Source of the DNA: Octopus vulgaris
Lineage: Eukaryota
Length of the DNA stretch: 64,000 nucleotides
Direction of reading: 5' to 3'
Assembly (NCBI GenBank): GCA_951406725.2
Contig: OX597818.1
Coordinates: 32,674,001 to 32,738,000 of the forward strand
The notes below the pieces were generated by a model. That model worked only from the letters and a program-made list of their open reading frames with translations, was not told where the DNA came from and searched no databases. Every line of letters starts with the position of its first letter. Position 1 is the stretch's first letter. Of the stretch, positions 12,984 through 27,769 are shown in pieces. A program made the position numbers and the translations under genes.

Positions 12984-14134
12984 CTCCAATTCTATACTGG
13001 TACTTTCTTTTCTCAACCACGAAGGGATTAAAGGAAAAGTTGACCGACAAGATTTGGATCGAAAATGCTAGAACTGGGTTAACGATTCAGTCAAGTACTG
13101 ACAAAAATAAGCCGAGATTTAAAGAACAATATCGAAATAATGTCAATATGTCTGAAGAAAATTATTCCAATACTGCCAATCTACCTGTATCGAAAAATCA
13201 CAAATTACGACTTTGTTGCAAATGTCGCTGACGTCCAAATGTAGCAACCACATCGCTCGCACTTCTCCAACCTAACAAAATTTTAATCAATTTTCCCTGT
13301 AAAATTTTGCACAGTGGTTAAGACATCTGAATCTTTAAACTTGCTTATTTCTGCTTTAGTGGCAGTCACCTTGGCTCGATGTAACATAGTTTTAATTACG
13401 GTGTGATAATTGTTTGAAGCATTGTAGCACATGAAATAAAAAATCAATATGATGATATGATTTGAAGCAAAAGCTGAATTTTTAAATGAGATTTCACGTA
13501 AGAGATCTTTTTGAAATATAATACAACATAATAAAAAATGTCAATCTGCCGTCGGATTTGGGTTAAATGAATATATATATATATCTATCAAGTATACAAA
13601 CAAACGCTGTATCATACCATTTTACTTGTGTGCCGTGAAGTAAAATTCTAAGAACGGTAAATACATGCAGAGAATCGGTCGGAAATGACATAAAAGTCAA
13701 TTCTCTCCTGACGTTGGTTATTCAATTGTCACGCACACATTTAATCAAACGTTTGACAGATGCCAGAGGATGGCTGATTTGTCTAGGAATCATTGTATGT
13801 GGAATGATGTTCATAGTTACGAACAAGGAAGAAAGCAAGTTATATTTTGGAATGTTATACATACAACTATTTACATAAATACAAATATATACCTGAACAT
13901 AAATGCACAGCCACACATAATTTTTGTTGCATAGTAACTGAATATATTTAATATCGTGCGCTGAAACTGAAGCAGTTCATCATGGCTGAACCATTTTTAG
14001 ATACTTAGGACAAACAAAATGCTTTAAAACTCAGTTCTCAAGTATTTCTTGAAATGCCAAAATTTTTGTCGCTCAAATGCAACCAGGTCAGTAGCACTTT
14101 AAACATCTAAAATGGCTCCTCACAGATGCAAATG

Positions 14135-14183
<49 letters not shown>

Positions 14184-14270
14184 GAAAACAGAAAATGAAG
14201 TAATACTGACAAATAACAATTGATTTGCATCAATTGTTATTTATTAATTCAATACAAATAGACTGCATCC

Positions 14271-14393
14271 CATCTAACAGCTGTTTCTGTTTCAAATGTT
14301 CTATGCTATTGCCATTGATATGAAAAAGTATGTAAAAATATTAATCATATTTGGTAATAAAACCGATCCGAAACAACAAACTTCATCAGAGTG
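14271..14393 (-). ncRNA. Hammerhead-like motif with a greatly extended stem II
   Basis: Minus strand reads CACT-CTGATGA-agtttgt-TGTTTCGGAT...ATTTGAAACA-GAAACAGCTGTT-AGATG. It shares GAAACAGCTGT with the motif at 2932 and lies about 90 bp from a (TA)n tract. Confidence 0.45.
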
Positions 14394-15118
14394 AAGAATA
14401 AATGAAGAAGAGCATAGACAAGGAAAAGGGAGAAGTTGAATGTGGTTGTAATCGTACCATTTTGCTTGTGTCTCTTTGGGCCGTTAAGTAAAAGACTGAA
14501 ACAAAATAGCGATTAATGGATTAACCCTTTGTAAAGGGGTGGGGAATAACATGGAAAAATTATAAAAATAAAAAATTCAAAAATAATAATAGAGGGATAT
14601 TCTAATAGGTTGTAGTAGGAGAAGGGGTGTAGATAGGGTAAGGTTTTATATTAAACATAAATTATAAGAGTTATGTTTGTAATACTAATTAAAATTATTA
14701 ATCATAATAAAATGCTAATTGGTTAAATGCAATTTACATATTTACTGAAAGGTGGAAAGCCTTTCTACCTGTTGTGTGAAATGAGATAGGCCAAGGTTCA
14801 ACGTTCGATGTAATTGGTCAGTTGAAATTTAAAAACAAAAGACCAGCTATTGAGACCGTTATACAGGTTAAGATAAATAAATAAATGAAATTTTTTCTGT
14901 AAAAAAACTTCATCCTATATTAGTGGTAGATTTGTTACAATTCGCTATAGGGACTGGCAACCACTATAAGCTGTAGTGGAGAACAGTCCACACGTGTGCT
15001 GAGGCTGACCAAAGGATTTTATATCTGGATATATCTGGGTACTTATGTGTACTCATGATTTTTGCTTCGGCTTTTTTCCATGTGCGCATGTAAGTATTTC
15101 ATTTATTTCTATTCGTAT

Positions 15119-15179
15119 TTTCTACTGACGAGGAAAAATCTATTATGAGATTAATTCCGAAATTGATTCAATATAGAAA
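15119..15179 (+). ncRNA. Type I hammerhead ribozyme with an intact catalytic core
   Basis: Stem I TTTCTA/TAGAAA; CTGACGA at 15125-15131; stem II GGAA..AATCT/AGATT..TTCC; GAAA at 15159-15162; stem III TTG/CAA; cleavage triplet AUA (after 15173). Confidence 0.8.
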
Positions 15180-15212
15180 TAACGAATTAAAAAAAATAAA
15201 TAACAAATCTAT

Positions 15213-15570
15213 ATCTATAAAAGGCAGGGTGTGTGTGTGTACGTGAATGCACGTCCACAAATTAGCACGCATATCGCTCCAATTTTAGGAGGACATTGGT
15301 CACAATCTTGGCGGCGGTGCTTTTGTCTAATTATTTTCCCCAAGGAACCACCGGATAGCGTTAAAAATCGATTTTCACCATAACTTTTACCAATTTTCAC
15401 CTCAGTGAAATCAGCAAGTTTCCTAACGTGAGTTAAGTCCCCTGTCTTGCATATAAATTAATTCACCCTACTTCAATGCCCCCGAAAAAATTAGATTTAG
15501 ACTACCTAAGCAATCCCAGCGTAGGAAAAGAAAAAGGGCTGAAGAGACTGACTATCATCGGACTCATTAG
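15213..15570 (+). mobile_element. Possible non-autonomous Helitron-like insertion
   Basis: Starts A|TCTATAAAAGG followed by a (TG)n stretch and ends CATTAG|T, close to the TC...CTRR rule. No clear 3' hairpin. Confidence 0.3.
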
Positions 15571-15726
15571 TAAAATATAACTTTTTGGGACGAAACCTGG
15601 CAATAAGAGCTTGCGGATATTCTGCTACAAAGCATTCAATAATATCGAAGCAGTAACTTTCATAAATCAGGCTGTAATTTTTGAAGACTCTTTCTGAACC
15701 CAGTCAACGACCGGTATTTCTGCTAG

Positions 15727-16039
15727 TAATATATATATATTTATAAAACATATAACTTATAACTAGATCTCAAAAAGTATAAAAATGAATGATCAATATA
15801 TAATTTAATATAATATTGACCATTCATTTTTATACATTTTGACATCTAGTTATACGTTAAATGTTTTATAAAAATATATATTATTTGTTATTTTGTTTTG
15901 GTTTATGTCTATCACTGTTTGAGTTGCATAATAGTGGTTTTATCTCTAATTTATATTTTATATATATATACATATATACTGTGAAATTTGATTTTATACT
16001 AAATTGAATTTTTCCCTGTAAGTTTGGAGTTATACGCCC

Positions 16040-16048
<9 letters not shown>
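15727..16048 (+). mobile_element. TA-anchored family F element with a ~70-bp-arm fold-back
   Basis: Inverted repeat at 15727-15883. The 3' end CTAAATTGAATTTTTCCCTGTAAGTTTGGAG matches the reverse complement of 55415-55447. Confidence 0.6.
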
Positions 16049-16070
<22 letters not shown>

Positions 16071-16897
16071 GCATGCGCGTGTGCGTGTGTGCATCTGCTT
16101 GCATATTTTCGTGCTCTTGAATATCGTCATATGATGAATCGCAATGTTACGTGAATAACAGCACAAATTAATGTCCAAGATGAGAAAATGTTTGTAAAAC
16201 CATTGCACTGAAACCATCTCAGAAAATATATTAAAAATACATCGCACTACAAAAATACTATAAATTGTTTTGTTTGCTTACGAAATTATGATACCTTTCG
16301 ACATTTCTGCTGACAGAAACTGTAAATTTTTGATAACAAATCTCAGAATACGATCTATAAATCCATGTTTACGGAAACTCGTATAAATTTCGACAATTTT
16401 AGACACTAAAATTCGGATACGTATATATGCATAAAAGAATTATTGTCTAGAAATACGTGTTTCGTGTCACATTTTAATTGAACCACTCCGTTCCGTTCTC
16501 CAGTTGTGTCTCTTCTGTTCATATTTTTATTATTAATTTTGTTTTTAAATATTTCATTTTTGTTCCTGTAGATAATTTCATTCTTCTTTGCTTTCAACAT
16601 TCTTGCTAGCACCTACACGCACCCTCCTCCAATTGCATGTTCGTGCAGAAAACAATTCACCTGACCTGGATTTGCTATGAACTCTCATCATAGAATATTT
16701 CCATTCATATTGTACAGGTCTCACTTCTTTTAATTTATCATTTCTGTTCTTGAGTCTGAGGTAATAAAAAACACACTATGTCAACATGTCAACGTAGAGA
16801 TATCTTTTGCGCTGACGACTATGATATTAGTTTAGTTTTATTTATTCCCTACTGTATCTCTCGTCATATACTTATTCACACACATACACACACAGAT

Positions 16898-16985
<88 letters not shown>

Positions 16986-16994
16986 TTATATATA

Positions 16995-17098
16995 TAGGCT
17001 CGAAACGTAAAATAATTTTTCTATTCCTGAGCGTAATACTAATACATCTGTTTGTTTTGTACACCACCTGTCTTTTGTTTTTTTCGTAAACTTTCCCT
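16995..17098 (+). mobile_element. Family G short TA-anchored element (5' truncated)
   Basis: TAGGCTCGAAACGTAAAA...TACTAATACATCTGTTTG...ACACCACCTGTC, flanked by (TA)n. Confidence 0.75.
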
Positions 17099-17101
17099 AT
17101 A

Positions 17102-17211
<110 letters not shown>

Positions 17212-17452
17212 CAAATCCTTTATTGTTTGTGTTTACAGTTTTTCTCCGACATGCAGGTGTGACTGTATCCCATTCTCCCCACCCCACCCACCCACTATCT
17301 AAAAAAAAAAAAAAGAATGCGAGAGAAATGACTCGGAACTATCTCCAGTTGTATGTAACATACAGATAACCAAAGGGGAAATACGTGAGTGGTAGTAAGG
17401 ATTATCGCAAAGGAGGACATAATTTTTTGTACTGATGGAGGATACCTGTACG

Positions 17453-17524
<72 letters not shown>

Positions 17525-17814
17525 ATATATGTGTGTATATATATATATATATATTAATAAATAAAATAAAACATATGCATATATATAAACATATATGTAC
17601 GTACCTACCTCTACCTCTACGCATATATATATATATATATATATATAATGTGTTGGTTATGTGCGTGAGTGTTAGTGTATGTATACGCGCGCTCAGTGAA
17701 AAGCAATCGATAGATAAAAGGTTAATTTCCCATAGGTGGTCCTTTCCAATATTCTCTTGCACACTGGGCTTGCTTAACGTATGTAAACCCTTACCTTATA
17801 TATATATATATAAG

Positions 17815-18185
17815 GGCGCAGCTGGGGCTGTGTGGTAAGCATATTGCTTCCCAACCGCATGGTTTCAGGTTCAGTCCCACTGCGTGGAAACTTGGGCAAG
17901 TGTCTCCTAGTATAGCCTCTTGTGAGTGGATTTGGTAGACGGAAACTGAGAGAATCCTGTCGTATGTGTATGTATGTGTGTGTGTGTTTGTGTGTGTGTA
18001 TGTATGTTTGTTCCACCAGCTATCGCTTAACAACCGATGCTGGTGTATTTACGTCCCCGTAACTCAGCAGCTGGGCAATAGTTAGACTAAGTACTAGGCT
18101 TACAAAGTATAAGTCCTGGGGTCGATTTCTTCGACTAAAACCTTTTAAGGCGGTGCTCCAGCATGAGACAAGTAAGAGAATAAAA
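17815..18185 (+). mobile_element. SINE family A
   Basis: Matches the family A consensus with small deletions. Confidence 0.88.
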
Positions 18186-18526
18186 GAAGATGAGGCGAAA
18201 AAGGAAATGGACGACAGAGATGCGAGCGGTCACAGCTTACGTGGTAGTGGTAAGAGAGAGAAAGAGTGGTGGAGGGCAGAGGCACAGATACGACACAGAG
18301 GAAAGTGTTAGAAATGGAAAGAAAGAGGGTAAGAGAAAGAAAGAGAGATGAAGGAAGGCAAAAGAGAGACAGAGAAGGAGTTAAGAGACAGAAATAGAAG
18401 TCGCCCAAAATTATTCATCTAAATATCCTACAGAATGAGTAAAAAAAGAAGAAGAAAGTGCTTTGCATTACATTAAATATGTTCCAAAAATTTGACAAAA
18501 ACGTTACAAACGGAAAATTCGTAGCT

Positions 18527-18572
<46 letters not shown>

Positions 18573-18832
18573 TATACATATACATATATACATATGTATA
18601 GCAAGATTTTTTTAAAATTTAGACGATGTAAAACACTACACACTGTAATAATTTCTTTCCTTTCAACTTCACTTTGAAGGAGCTCTCTTCGAAGCGTTGC
18701 ATTTTCCATATCTCACCGAAAGTTCAATGAATTCCTTATCGCTTTTCCACAGTATATATGTCTTGTCGGCGCAGACCAACACAATCTACTTTTGAGTCTG
18801 CTTGTCCATACACACATACATATGTACACACA

Positions 18833-18863
<31 letters not shown>

Positions 18864-18884
18864 TACATGCATACATACATAAAT

Positions 18885-19092
18885 ACGACCGCGTGTGTAC
18901 CGTTGGCGATTTTTTTTCCTCCGTCTTCCTTTCTTTGGATCTTTCCTTTTCTTATGTTTCCCACGAAGAGCTCCGCTTGAAACGTCAAACCCTCCATCTT
19001 TCCTTCTTTCCTGAGCACCCAATAATACTATACTTGTTCCACGTCCTCGCGTTGTTGTGTTCTCTCTTTGTGTTTTCATGTTTGGATTAACT
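18885..19092 (+). mobile_element. Family G-related element with a degenerate hammerhead motif
   Basis: At 18956-18990: GTTT-CCCACGA-a-GAGC tcc GCTT-GAAACGTC-AAAC, followed by TTCCTGAGC..TAATAC as in family G. Flanked by microsatellites. Confidence 0.55.
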
Positions 19093-19834
<742 letters not shown>

Positions 19835-19837
<3 letters not shown>

Positions 19838-20215
19838 CTTTCTGTGGTCCTATCTGTGGAAGAGCGTAGGCTCAAAGCGTTGAAGGCTTTTTCACTTCCC
19901 GAACGTTATACTAATACATCTGTTTGTTGTCTACACCACCTGTCTTCGTCTTTTGTTTTTTTTTTTGTTGTGAATTCTCCCTATATATATATATATTCAG
20001 ATCGCCATGTTGATTCGCTAGCTTCTGCACGCATTTTTTTTCTCTCCTTGTTTCTCTCCGTGTTTCTTTTCTGCGTATCTTTCTGTTGAAGAGCGTAGGC
20101 TCGAAACGTAAAAGACTTGTTTTATTTATATTCCTGAGCGCCATACTAATACAATTATTTGTTTGTATTCCACCTGCCTTCGTCTTTTGTTTATTTTCAT
20201 AAAGCTTCCCGTTAT
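19835..20215 (+). mobile_element. Two tandem family G units separated by (TA)n
   Basis: CTGT(G/T)GAAGAGCGTAGGCTC at 19854 and 20083 (229-nt period), with shared downstream ATACTAATACA and CCACCTG blocks. Confidence 0.8.
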
Positions 20216-20217
20216 AA

Positions 20218-20254
<37 letters not shown>

Positions 20255-21284
20255 TACTTGTGTTTCTAACGATTACTGAATCTGAATTACATGAGTGGTT
20301 AAGAAATACGTTTTAAAATTACGAGATTTCGTGTTCGAAATTCATTACATCCTAGTTGAGCTTTTCTTTCTTTTACTATAGAGTTCTGCTTCTCCCAATA
20401 TTACGGAAAAAAATTGCGTAGAGTCAAATGTGCGGAACACCTATCTGATTGACTGTAGCTGTAATATAAAAATTCACCCTTTCACATATTCTGTAACACC
20501 CTGAATCTAACCTTAAGGACTGAGACGACTACGGTATACTCACATACTTCTATATTAATTTAGTGGGTAACTATATTAGTTGTCTTAACTAGTGACTGCT
20601 CACCATCGAAACCGACGAAGAATCATCTATCAATTACTATGTACAGCCTTGCAAACACTAGTACGCAAGCATAAATGCGTGCGCACATACACACTCATAC
20701 ATGCATACATACACACACACATATATATAAACACATATATACTTACACATATACACATAGATATATACACACACATATAAATTTACAAACATACATGCTT
20801 ACACACACATATATACACACATGTGCATGTGTGTGTGTCCGCACATGCATTTGTGTGTAAATTTCTATGTGGCTTTGTGAACGTATGTCTGCTTTCTTCC
20901 GTATATTATCTGGCTGTATAGACATATCGGACGCCATATTATCTTGCTTATTACATCGGACAATTGTTGACATGTTATCCACATTGCTGTGGCGATCACC
21001 AAGTGAATATTGGTTCGGACAACCATTAGTCATGTCTTCTTTTCAATTCTTGCTCACATACACACACACACACATTCCAGACATCATCCTTCCCTTATGT
21101 GTCTGCATTTCTTCTGTTTTTCCCATCCCCAGCTTTCCGTTCCTTGTTAAAACTGTTTTCCAACTCTAACCATTTCTGTTGGATTCAACGGGGTGAATCA
21201 ACGGAAGGGAGACACTGACACGAGACATAAGAAGGCTGTCTCAAGCAATTGAGATGTTTTATTAAATCATTGTCGGCTAATAAC

Positions 21285-21534
<250 letters not shown>

Positions 21535-21630
21535 TATATATATATATATAGATTGATAGGTAGGAAGATAGCTAGCTTAATTGTTCCACCTCCTTGTGTT
21601 GTTGTTTTTTCTGTTTTCCCGTTTGTATTA

Positions 21631-22222
<592 letters not shown>

Positions 22223-22586
22223 AGATTGAGTGATAGAGTGCTCCACAGTACGTATACTGTTAACGTAGTTTCAGGCCGAATCAGTGTGACGCAATAGTGT
22301 ATGAAACAGCTGGAATTGTAAACTGAAAGTCAATCAATCTGAGGAGTTTCCACAAAGTTTCCGTCTGTCCGGTTTCACGGAGGCTACAGTGGAGGACACT
22401 ATGAATACTTCAGATCTGATTCTGACTACAACTCAATCATTGTTCAATGTATATGTAGATGCTTGTGTGTGAGTGTGTGTGTGTGTATACATATACATAT
22501 ACATACATATGCACTCACACATATATATATATATTTATGTGCATGTATGTATATATGTATGTTCGTATGTATGTCATGTGTTTATA

Positions 22587-22689
<103 letters not shown>

Positions 22690-22692
22690 AAC

Positions 22693-22994
22693 GTGGAGAC
22701 GCAATGGCACAGTGGTTAGGGCAGCGGACTCGCGGTCGTAGGATCGCGGTTTTGATTCGCAGACCGGGCGTTGTGAGTGTTTATTGAGCGAAAACACCTA
22801 AAAGCTCCACGAGGCTCCGGCAGGGAGGGTGGCATCGATCCCTGCTGTACTCTTTCGCCGCAACTTTTTCTCACTCTTTCTTCTGTTGGACTGCTTGCTT
22901 AGCCAGCGGGGTGGCATCATTTGAAGGCTAAAACAATGCGAAGCGCATTGTGACCAGCGATGTGCAGGAAAATCTGATAGGTCGGTCACATGAT

Positions 22995-23001
<7 letters not shown>
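22693..23001 (+). mobile_element. SINE family D (CACGTG-tail subfamily)
   Basis: tRNA-like head TGGCACAGTGG..GGTTTTGATTCGC. Tail ends TGATCACGTGA(TA)n. Homolog at 50118-50395 on the minus strand. Confidence 0.88.
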
Positions 23002-23043
<42 letters not shown>

Positions 23044-23635
23044 CTTATATACACACACATACATACACGTACACACGTATGCTTGTGTGTGTGTAACTTG
23101 TCCTGTTATGATTTTCAGATTTTACCCTGTTTTTGCTATCGATTGTAGTATCAGCTCTTGTGTGATTATAATCTCTCAGATATCAATTTTATGCTAATTA
23201 ATATTTAGTAAATACCGAGTCCCCCATCCCATTTCTCACTCTTTTCATTTTTGCAAGTTTAATTTGAATACTATCACCACCTCCACCCCACCACCACCAA
23301 CAACAACAACAACGCCAGCAAATCTATATTATTTCCACCCGTGTCACCCACCCTACCATCAATGCCAGCACATCAACATCATCATCAACAACAATAAGCT
23401 CAACAACGCCGTGCTTGTAGGTTCTCTGATTTTGTCTCTTTCCCTCGTTCTACTCTCTCTTAGTCTCTCTTTCATTCTTTCTTTCTTTCTTCCTTGCCTT
23501 CCTTCCTCTATTCCTATCTTTCTTTCTTTCTTTCTTTCTTTCTCTGTCTCTGTCTGTCTGTCTCTCTCTCACACACACTCTCTCTGTATATTTTTATATC
23601 TACATGTCTGTGTACGAGATCTCTGCTGAGCTGAG

Positions 23636-23727
23636 TTTCTTTCTTTCTATCTTTCCTTCCTTCCTTCCTTCCTTCCTTCCTTCCTTCCTTCCTTCCTTCC
23701 TTCCTTCCTTCCTTCCTTCCTTCCTTC

Positions 23728-23774
<47 letters not shown>

Positions 23775-23852
23775 TGTCTCTGTTTGTCTGTCTCTGTGTC
23801 AGACTGTCTGTCTGTTTCTCTCTCTCTCTCATTCTCTGTCTGTCTGTCTGTC

Positions 23853-23927
<75 letters not shown>
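23636..23927 (+). repeat. Pyrimidine-rich compound microsatellite (TTCC)n/(TTTC)n/(TC)n
   Basis: Direct reading of the sequence. Confidence 0.95.
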
Positions 23928-23929
<2 letters not shown>

Positions 23930-24420
23930 ATAACCATTTACCAACTCGTTTTCGATTTCGACGTTTGTCTGACAATTAATTTTTTTCTCTTACAACCCTC
24001 TGGCTTCATTCGCTCTAAAAGAATGTCTATCCCAGTTCTTCAGATATTCTCGCAAAGATTGCCTCAATATTTGACTACATTTTCGTTCAAACTTTCCGTC
24101 TCTTAATTCCCTCGTTATTCTCAAAGACGCCACAAACGCCAACCTCTATTAAAGTTATAATTTACCATAATCCTAGTCACTTTACTCCCACACTTTGGCA
24201 TTCGAAGCTCCTCATATTTTAATAGAAACTAAGTTTCCTTTTGAAATATTTCTATTGATGCTTTCTTTTTCTATTCCATCATGTAATCTGTATTCCGCAT
24301 GTCTTTTCCAATGCTATTAGTCTTATGACTCTTCTCATTTACCAATTCTTGATTACTTTTCTCTTCTTTATCTTTCTTTCCTCTCTCTTTTTGCATACAT
24401 ACATATATTACATACATACT

Positions 24421-24726
24421 TCTCGGGCAAGGACGAGGTACTGCAATAGCTTGGGTTTCAAGGGCCCACATTTGTTTAACTGCCTGCCGAAGCATCTGAG
24501 GAGCCTCCATGGAGTGGATGTAGACGTTTTCAAACGTGAACGTGACCTCTGGCTCGCCGAGACCGGATGAGCAAATATCTAAGCAAGAAACTCAAAAGAG
24601 GGCAGTAGCATCGAACTCCATCCTTTACCAGAAGCCGCTCCGACAAAGGTAGAAAGTGGAAAGATGATTACAATGGCGGTGCTCCAGCATGGCCACAGTC
24701 ATTGGACTGAAACATATAAGAGAATA
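24421..24726 (+). mobile_element. 3' fragment of a CR1/L2-like LINE
   Basis: Translates SRARTRYCNSLGFKGPHLFNCLPKHLRSLHGVDVDVFKRERDLWL/PDEQ..ASNSILYQ. The UTR ends GGCGGTGCTCCAGCATGGCCACAGTC..GACTGAAAC. Paralog at 27770-28010. Confidence 0.75.
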
Positions 24727-24827
24727 CATACATACATACATATATACATACATACATACGTACAAGCGTACATACATATATGCATATATACATACATATA
24801 TAATTTATAAATCTCTCTCTCTCTCTC

Positions 24828-24985
24828 TGGCTGCGTGGTAAGAAGCTTGCTCTCCTACCACATGGTTCCGGGTCAGTCCCACTGTATGGCACCTTTGGCA
24901 AGTGTCTTCTACTATAGCCTCGGGTCGACCAAAGCCCAATGATTGGATTTGGAAAATGGAAACTGAAAGAAAGCCGCCGTGTATA
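24828..24985 (+). mobile_element. SINE A 5' half
   Basis: Family A head through GGAAACTGAAAGAAAGCCGCCG. Confidence 0.85.
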
Positions 24986-25007
24986 TATATATGTATATAT
25001 ATGTCTA

Positions 25008-25195
25008 TCGCCATGATAGATCGGCAGCCACTACACACATTTTTTCTCTCCTTGTTTCTTCCTGTGTTCCTTTCTGTGGAAGAGTGTAGGCTCGAAACGT
25101 AAAAGACTTTTTCAATTCCCAAGCGTTATACTAATACCTCTGTTTGTTTTCTACACCACCTGTATTCCTCTTTTGCTTTTTTCATGAATTCTCCA

Positions 25196-25196
<1 letters not shown>
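25008..25196 (+). mobile_element. Family G element (near full length) with a hammerhead-like motif
   Basis: CTTT-CTGTGGA-a-GAGT gtag GCTC-GAAACGTA-AAAG at 25070-25105. TA-rich flank on the left, (TA)n on the right. Confidence 0.8.
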
Positions 25197-25288
<92 letters not shown>

Positions 25289-26639
25289 GTATGCCTTTTT
25301 ATGTTTAAGACGGTTGTGATTATAATAGTCTTGGTTGCTATTACCACGATTGTCTTGCTTGACAATTAATGAAAAAGTGTAAACGTGTCAGTATCCTTGC
25401 GCACATGCGCATTTACCACTTCTTTTATCTATTACATATTCAGTCTGTGAAAGTGGAGAAAGAGAGAGAGGGGGGAGAGAGGGAGGGAGAGAGAGAGAGG
25501 GAGGGAGAGAGAGGGAAAGAGGGAGAGAGGGAGAGAGAAGAACGGGGCACATAATCTGACCGACAGACAAACAGACATACAAGTGCGAATAAGAAAGATT
25601 GAATTTAGGCTCTCCGTAGTGAATGGTACTCAAAGACGAGTGAAGTGTCTATACGGTAATCAGTAAAGACATGGTCCTCAGGTAAAAACATTCAATGAGT
25701 GAATACAACGAAGAGGCTCCTAACAGCCGTCTATAGTCACGAAGGTGGAGTTCAATCACTCATTATGCTATCAAAACACAAATCAGTTCTTCAGTGCTAC
25801 TGTCACAGAGCGATACACATGATTATGATAAGAATAAATAATGGACAATTGTACACAGATAACACTCTGCAGGGGAAAGAATAACGAACCACCGACTTCC
25901 TACTTGGTTATTATGGTATACTAACATCACTGTTTCACTCTGTAGATAATGTTCACATTCTGTCTCCTGTGCTTACTATTTATTATCCATTCATTACATT
26001 AGCCATACAGGCCTTACATAGAAAGGATGCTACGCGCTGGACACACACATAATGATATGAATGACAAATGAAATGGTGAAAAATGAGGGCAACAAGCAAC
26101 GCCCGCCGATTGCTGTTTACCCGAAAGCATTGTTCTTTTTAAGTTTCATACTCGAGGCAAAAAAAAAAAAAAAGAGTAAGAGGTTTATTGCTTGTGCTTA
26201 TTATGCCAAACAGACAGAGCTCTGTGACCGAAGTACTAGCACATTTCCTTCTCCCCGAATAAGGATTCTTTTCTAAAATATTTGATGCGTCTTATCGCAA
26301 ATCAACTTACGCCGCAGTAAGTGAAAAAACAAACTATTAGTATGTGACTTTTATGAATCTTTTTCTTTATAATTCCTTAACTTCAAATTGAAATTTCTAA
26401 TCCCACCAAATATGAAAAAAAAAATCTAACTTGTAATACTTGCAACCCCTAGAAGAAACACACGAGTTCGAAAAACTAATTTCAATTGATATTTAATATT
26501 TTTAATGAACTTTTTATAGGCAAACATCCACTTTAGCCATATCAGAAACGAAGGTTCAGTTTTATATCAGTTCATTATTTCATGAATAATTTTGAAAGCT
26601 TCCGCAAGGTTCTCTGATATTACAACTTCGTTTGCCGTT

Positions 26640-26995
26640 AACACCTCTATGCTTTCGATCTCCTTTACTGGTCCTGCGAATCTGGTTAGATTGAGATGTG
26701 GTTGACATGCAGTTTGAGCGGTCGAAAGTAAAGAGGGGAAAATTTGGTCATGAAGAGAATTTGTAGAAGGTTGGTGGCGTGTAGAAGGTCGGATGGCGTA
26801 TAGCAGTCATTGTGGGTTCTGTAAAGGATGAAATATAGCGTTCGAAGGGAATACATAAGGGTATCACATGAGTGTGTATGTAGATATTATGCAATCACTT
26901 ATTTTCGTGTAGCAGAGACCGTTGCCATAGTGATAGATTGGGCGGAACAGGAGAAAGTGAGTCTTTACCAATCACTTGGATAACCTTCTTCTGGA

Positions 26996-27000
<5 letters not shown>
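26640..27000 (-). pseudogene. Highly degenerate LINE RT C-terminal fragment
   Basis: The minus strand gives NIQKKVIQVIGKDSLSP, resembling the IQKRAIRLIG post-RT region of CR1/Jockey-like LINEs. Confidence 0.35.
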
Positions 27001-27045
<45 letters not shown>

Positions 27046-27339
27046 AGTGTGTGTGCGTGCGTGGATATGTAGTAGTAGTTCTGTTTCTGCTGTGTAAGAG
27101 TAATACATAATAAACTCAATCCAGAAAGAAAACAAAACGAAAATCGCATTTATAGCGATGAAGACTCCAACCACACTCCATTGTTTTCAGAATCACGTCA
27201 ATATTATCACGATCTTAATTCTACTGGTCTATCGGTGTTCTTATCTGAAATATATAGAGAACTAACGGATAAAGGAAGCTGAAGTATTTCTTACTGCTGA
27301 TGGTGTAAGCTAAAATTCATTTTTTTTTTATTGTATATT

Positions 27340-27752
27340 AACTCTTTTACTCTTTTAACTCTTTTACTCTTTTAACTCTTTTACTTGTTTCAGTCATTTG
27401 ACTGCGGCCATGCTGGAGAACCGCCTTTAGTCGAGCAAATCGACCTCAGGATTTATTCTTTGGAAGCCTAGTACTTATTCTATTGGTCTCTTTTTGCCGA
27501 ACCGCTAAGTTACAGGGACGTAAACACACCAGCATCGGTTGCCAAACACAGACACACAAACACATACATATGTATATATACATATATACGACGGGCTTCT
27601 TTCAGTTTCCGTCTACCAAATTCACTCACAAGGCTTCGGTTGGCCCGAGGCTATAGTAGAAGACACTTGCCCAAGGTGCCACGGAATAGGACTGAACCCG
27701 GAAGCATGTGCTTCGTAAGCAAGCTACTTACCACACAGCCACTTCTGCGCCT
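27340..27752 (-). mobile_element. SINE family A (full length)
   Basis: Reverse complement of the family A consensus with an expanded tail repeat. Confidence 0.92.
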
Positions 27753-27769
27753 ATGTAGGATATTTTTTT

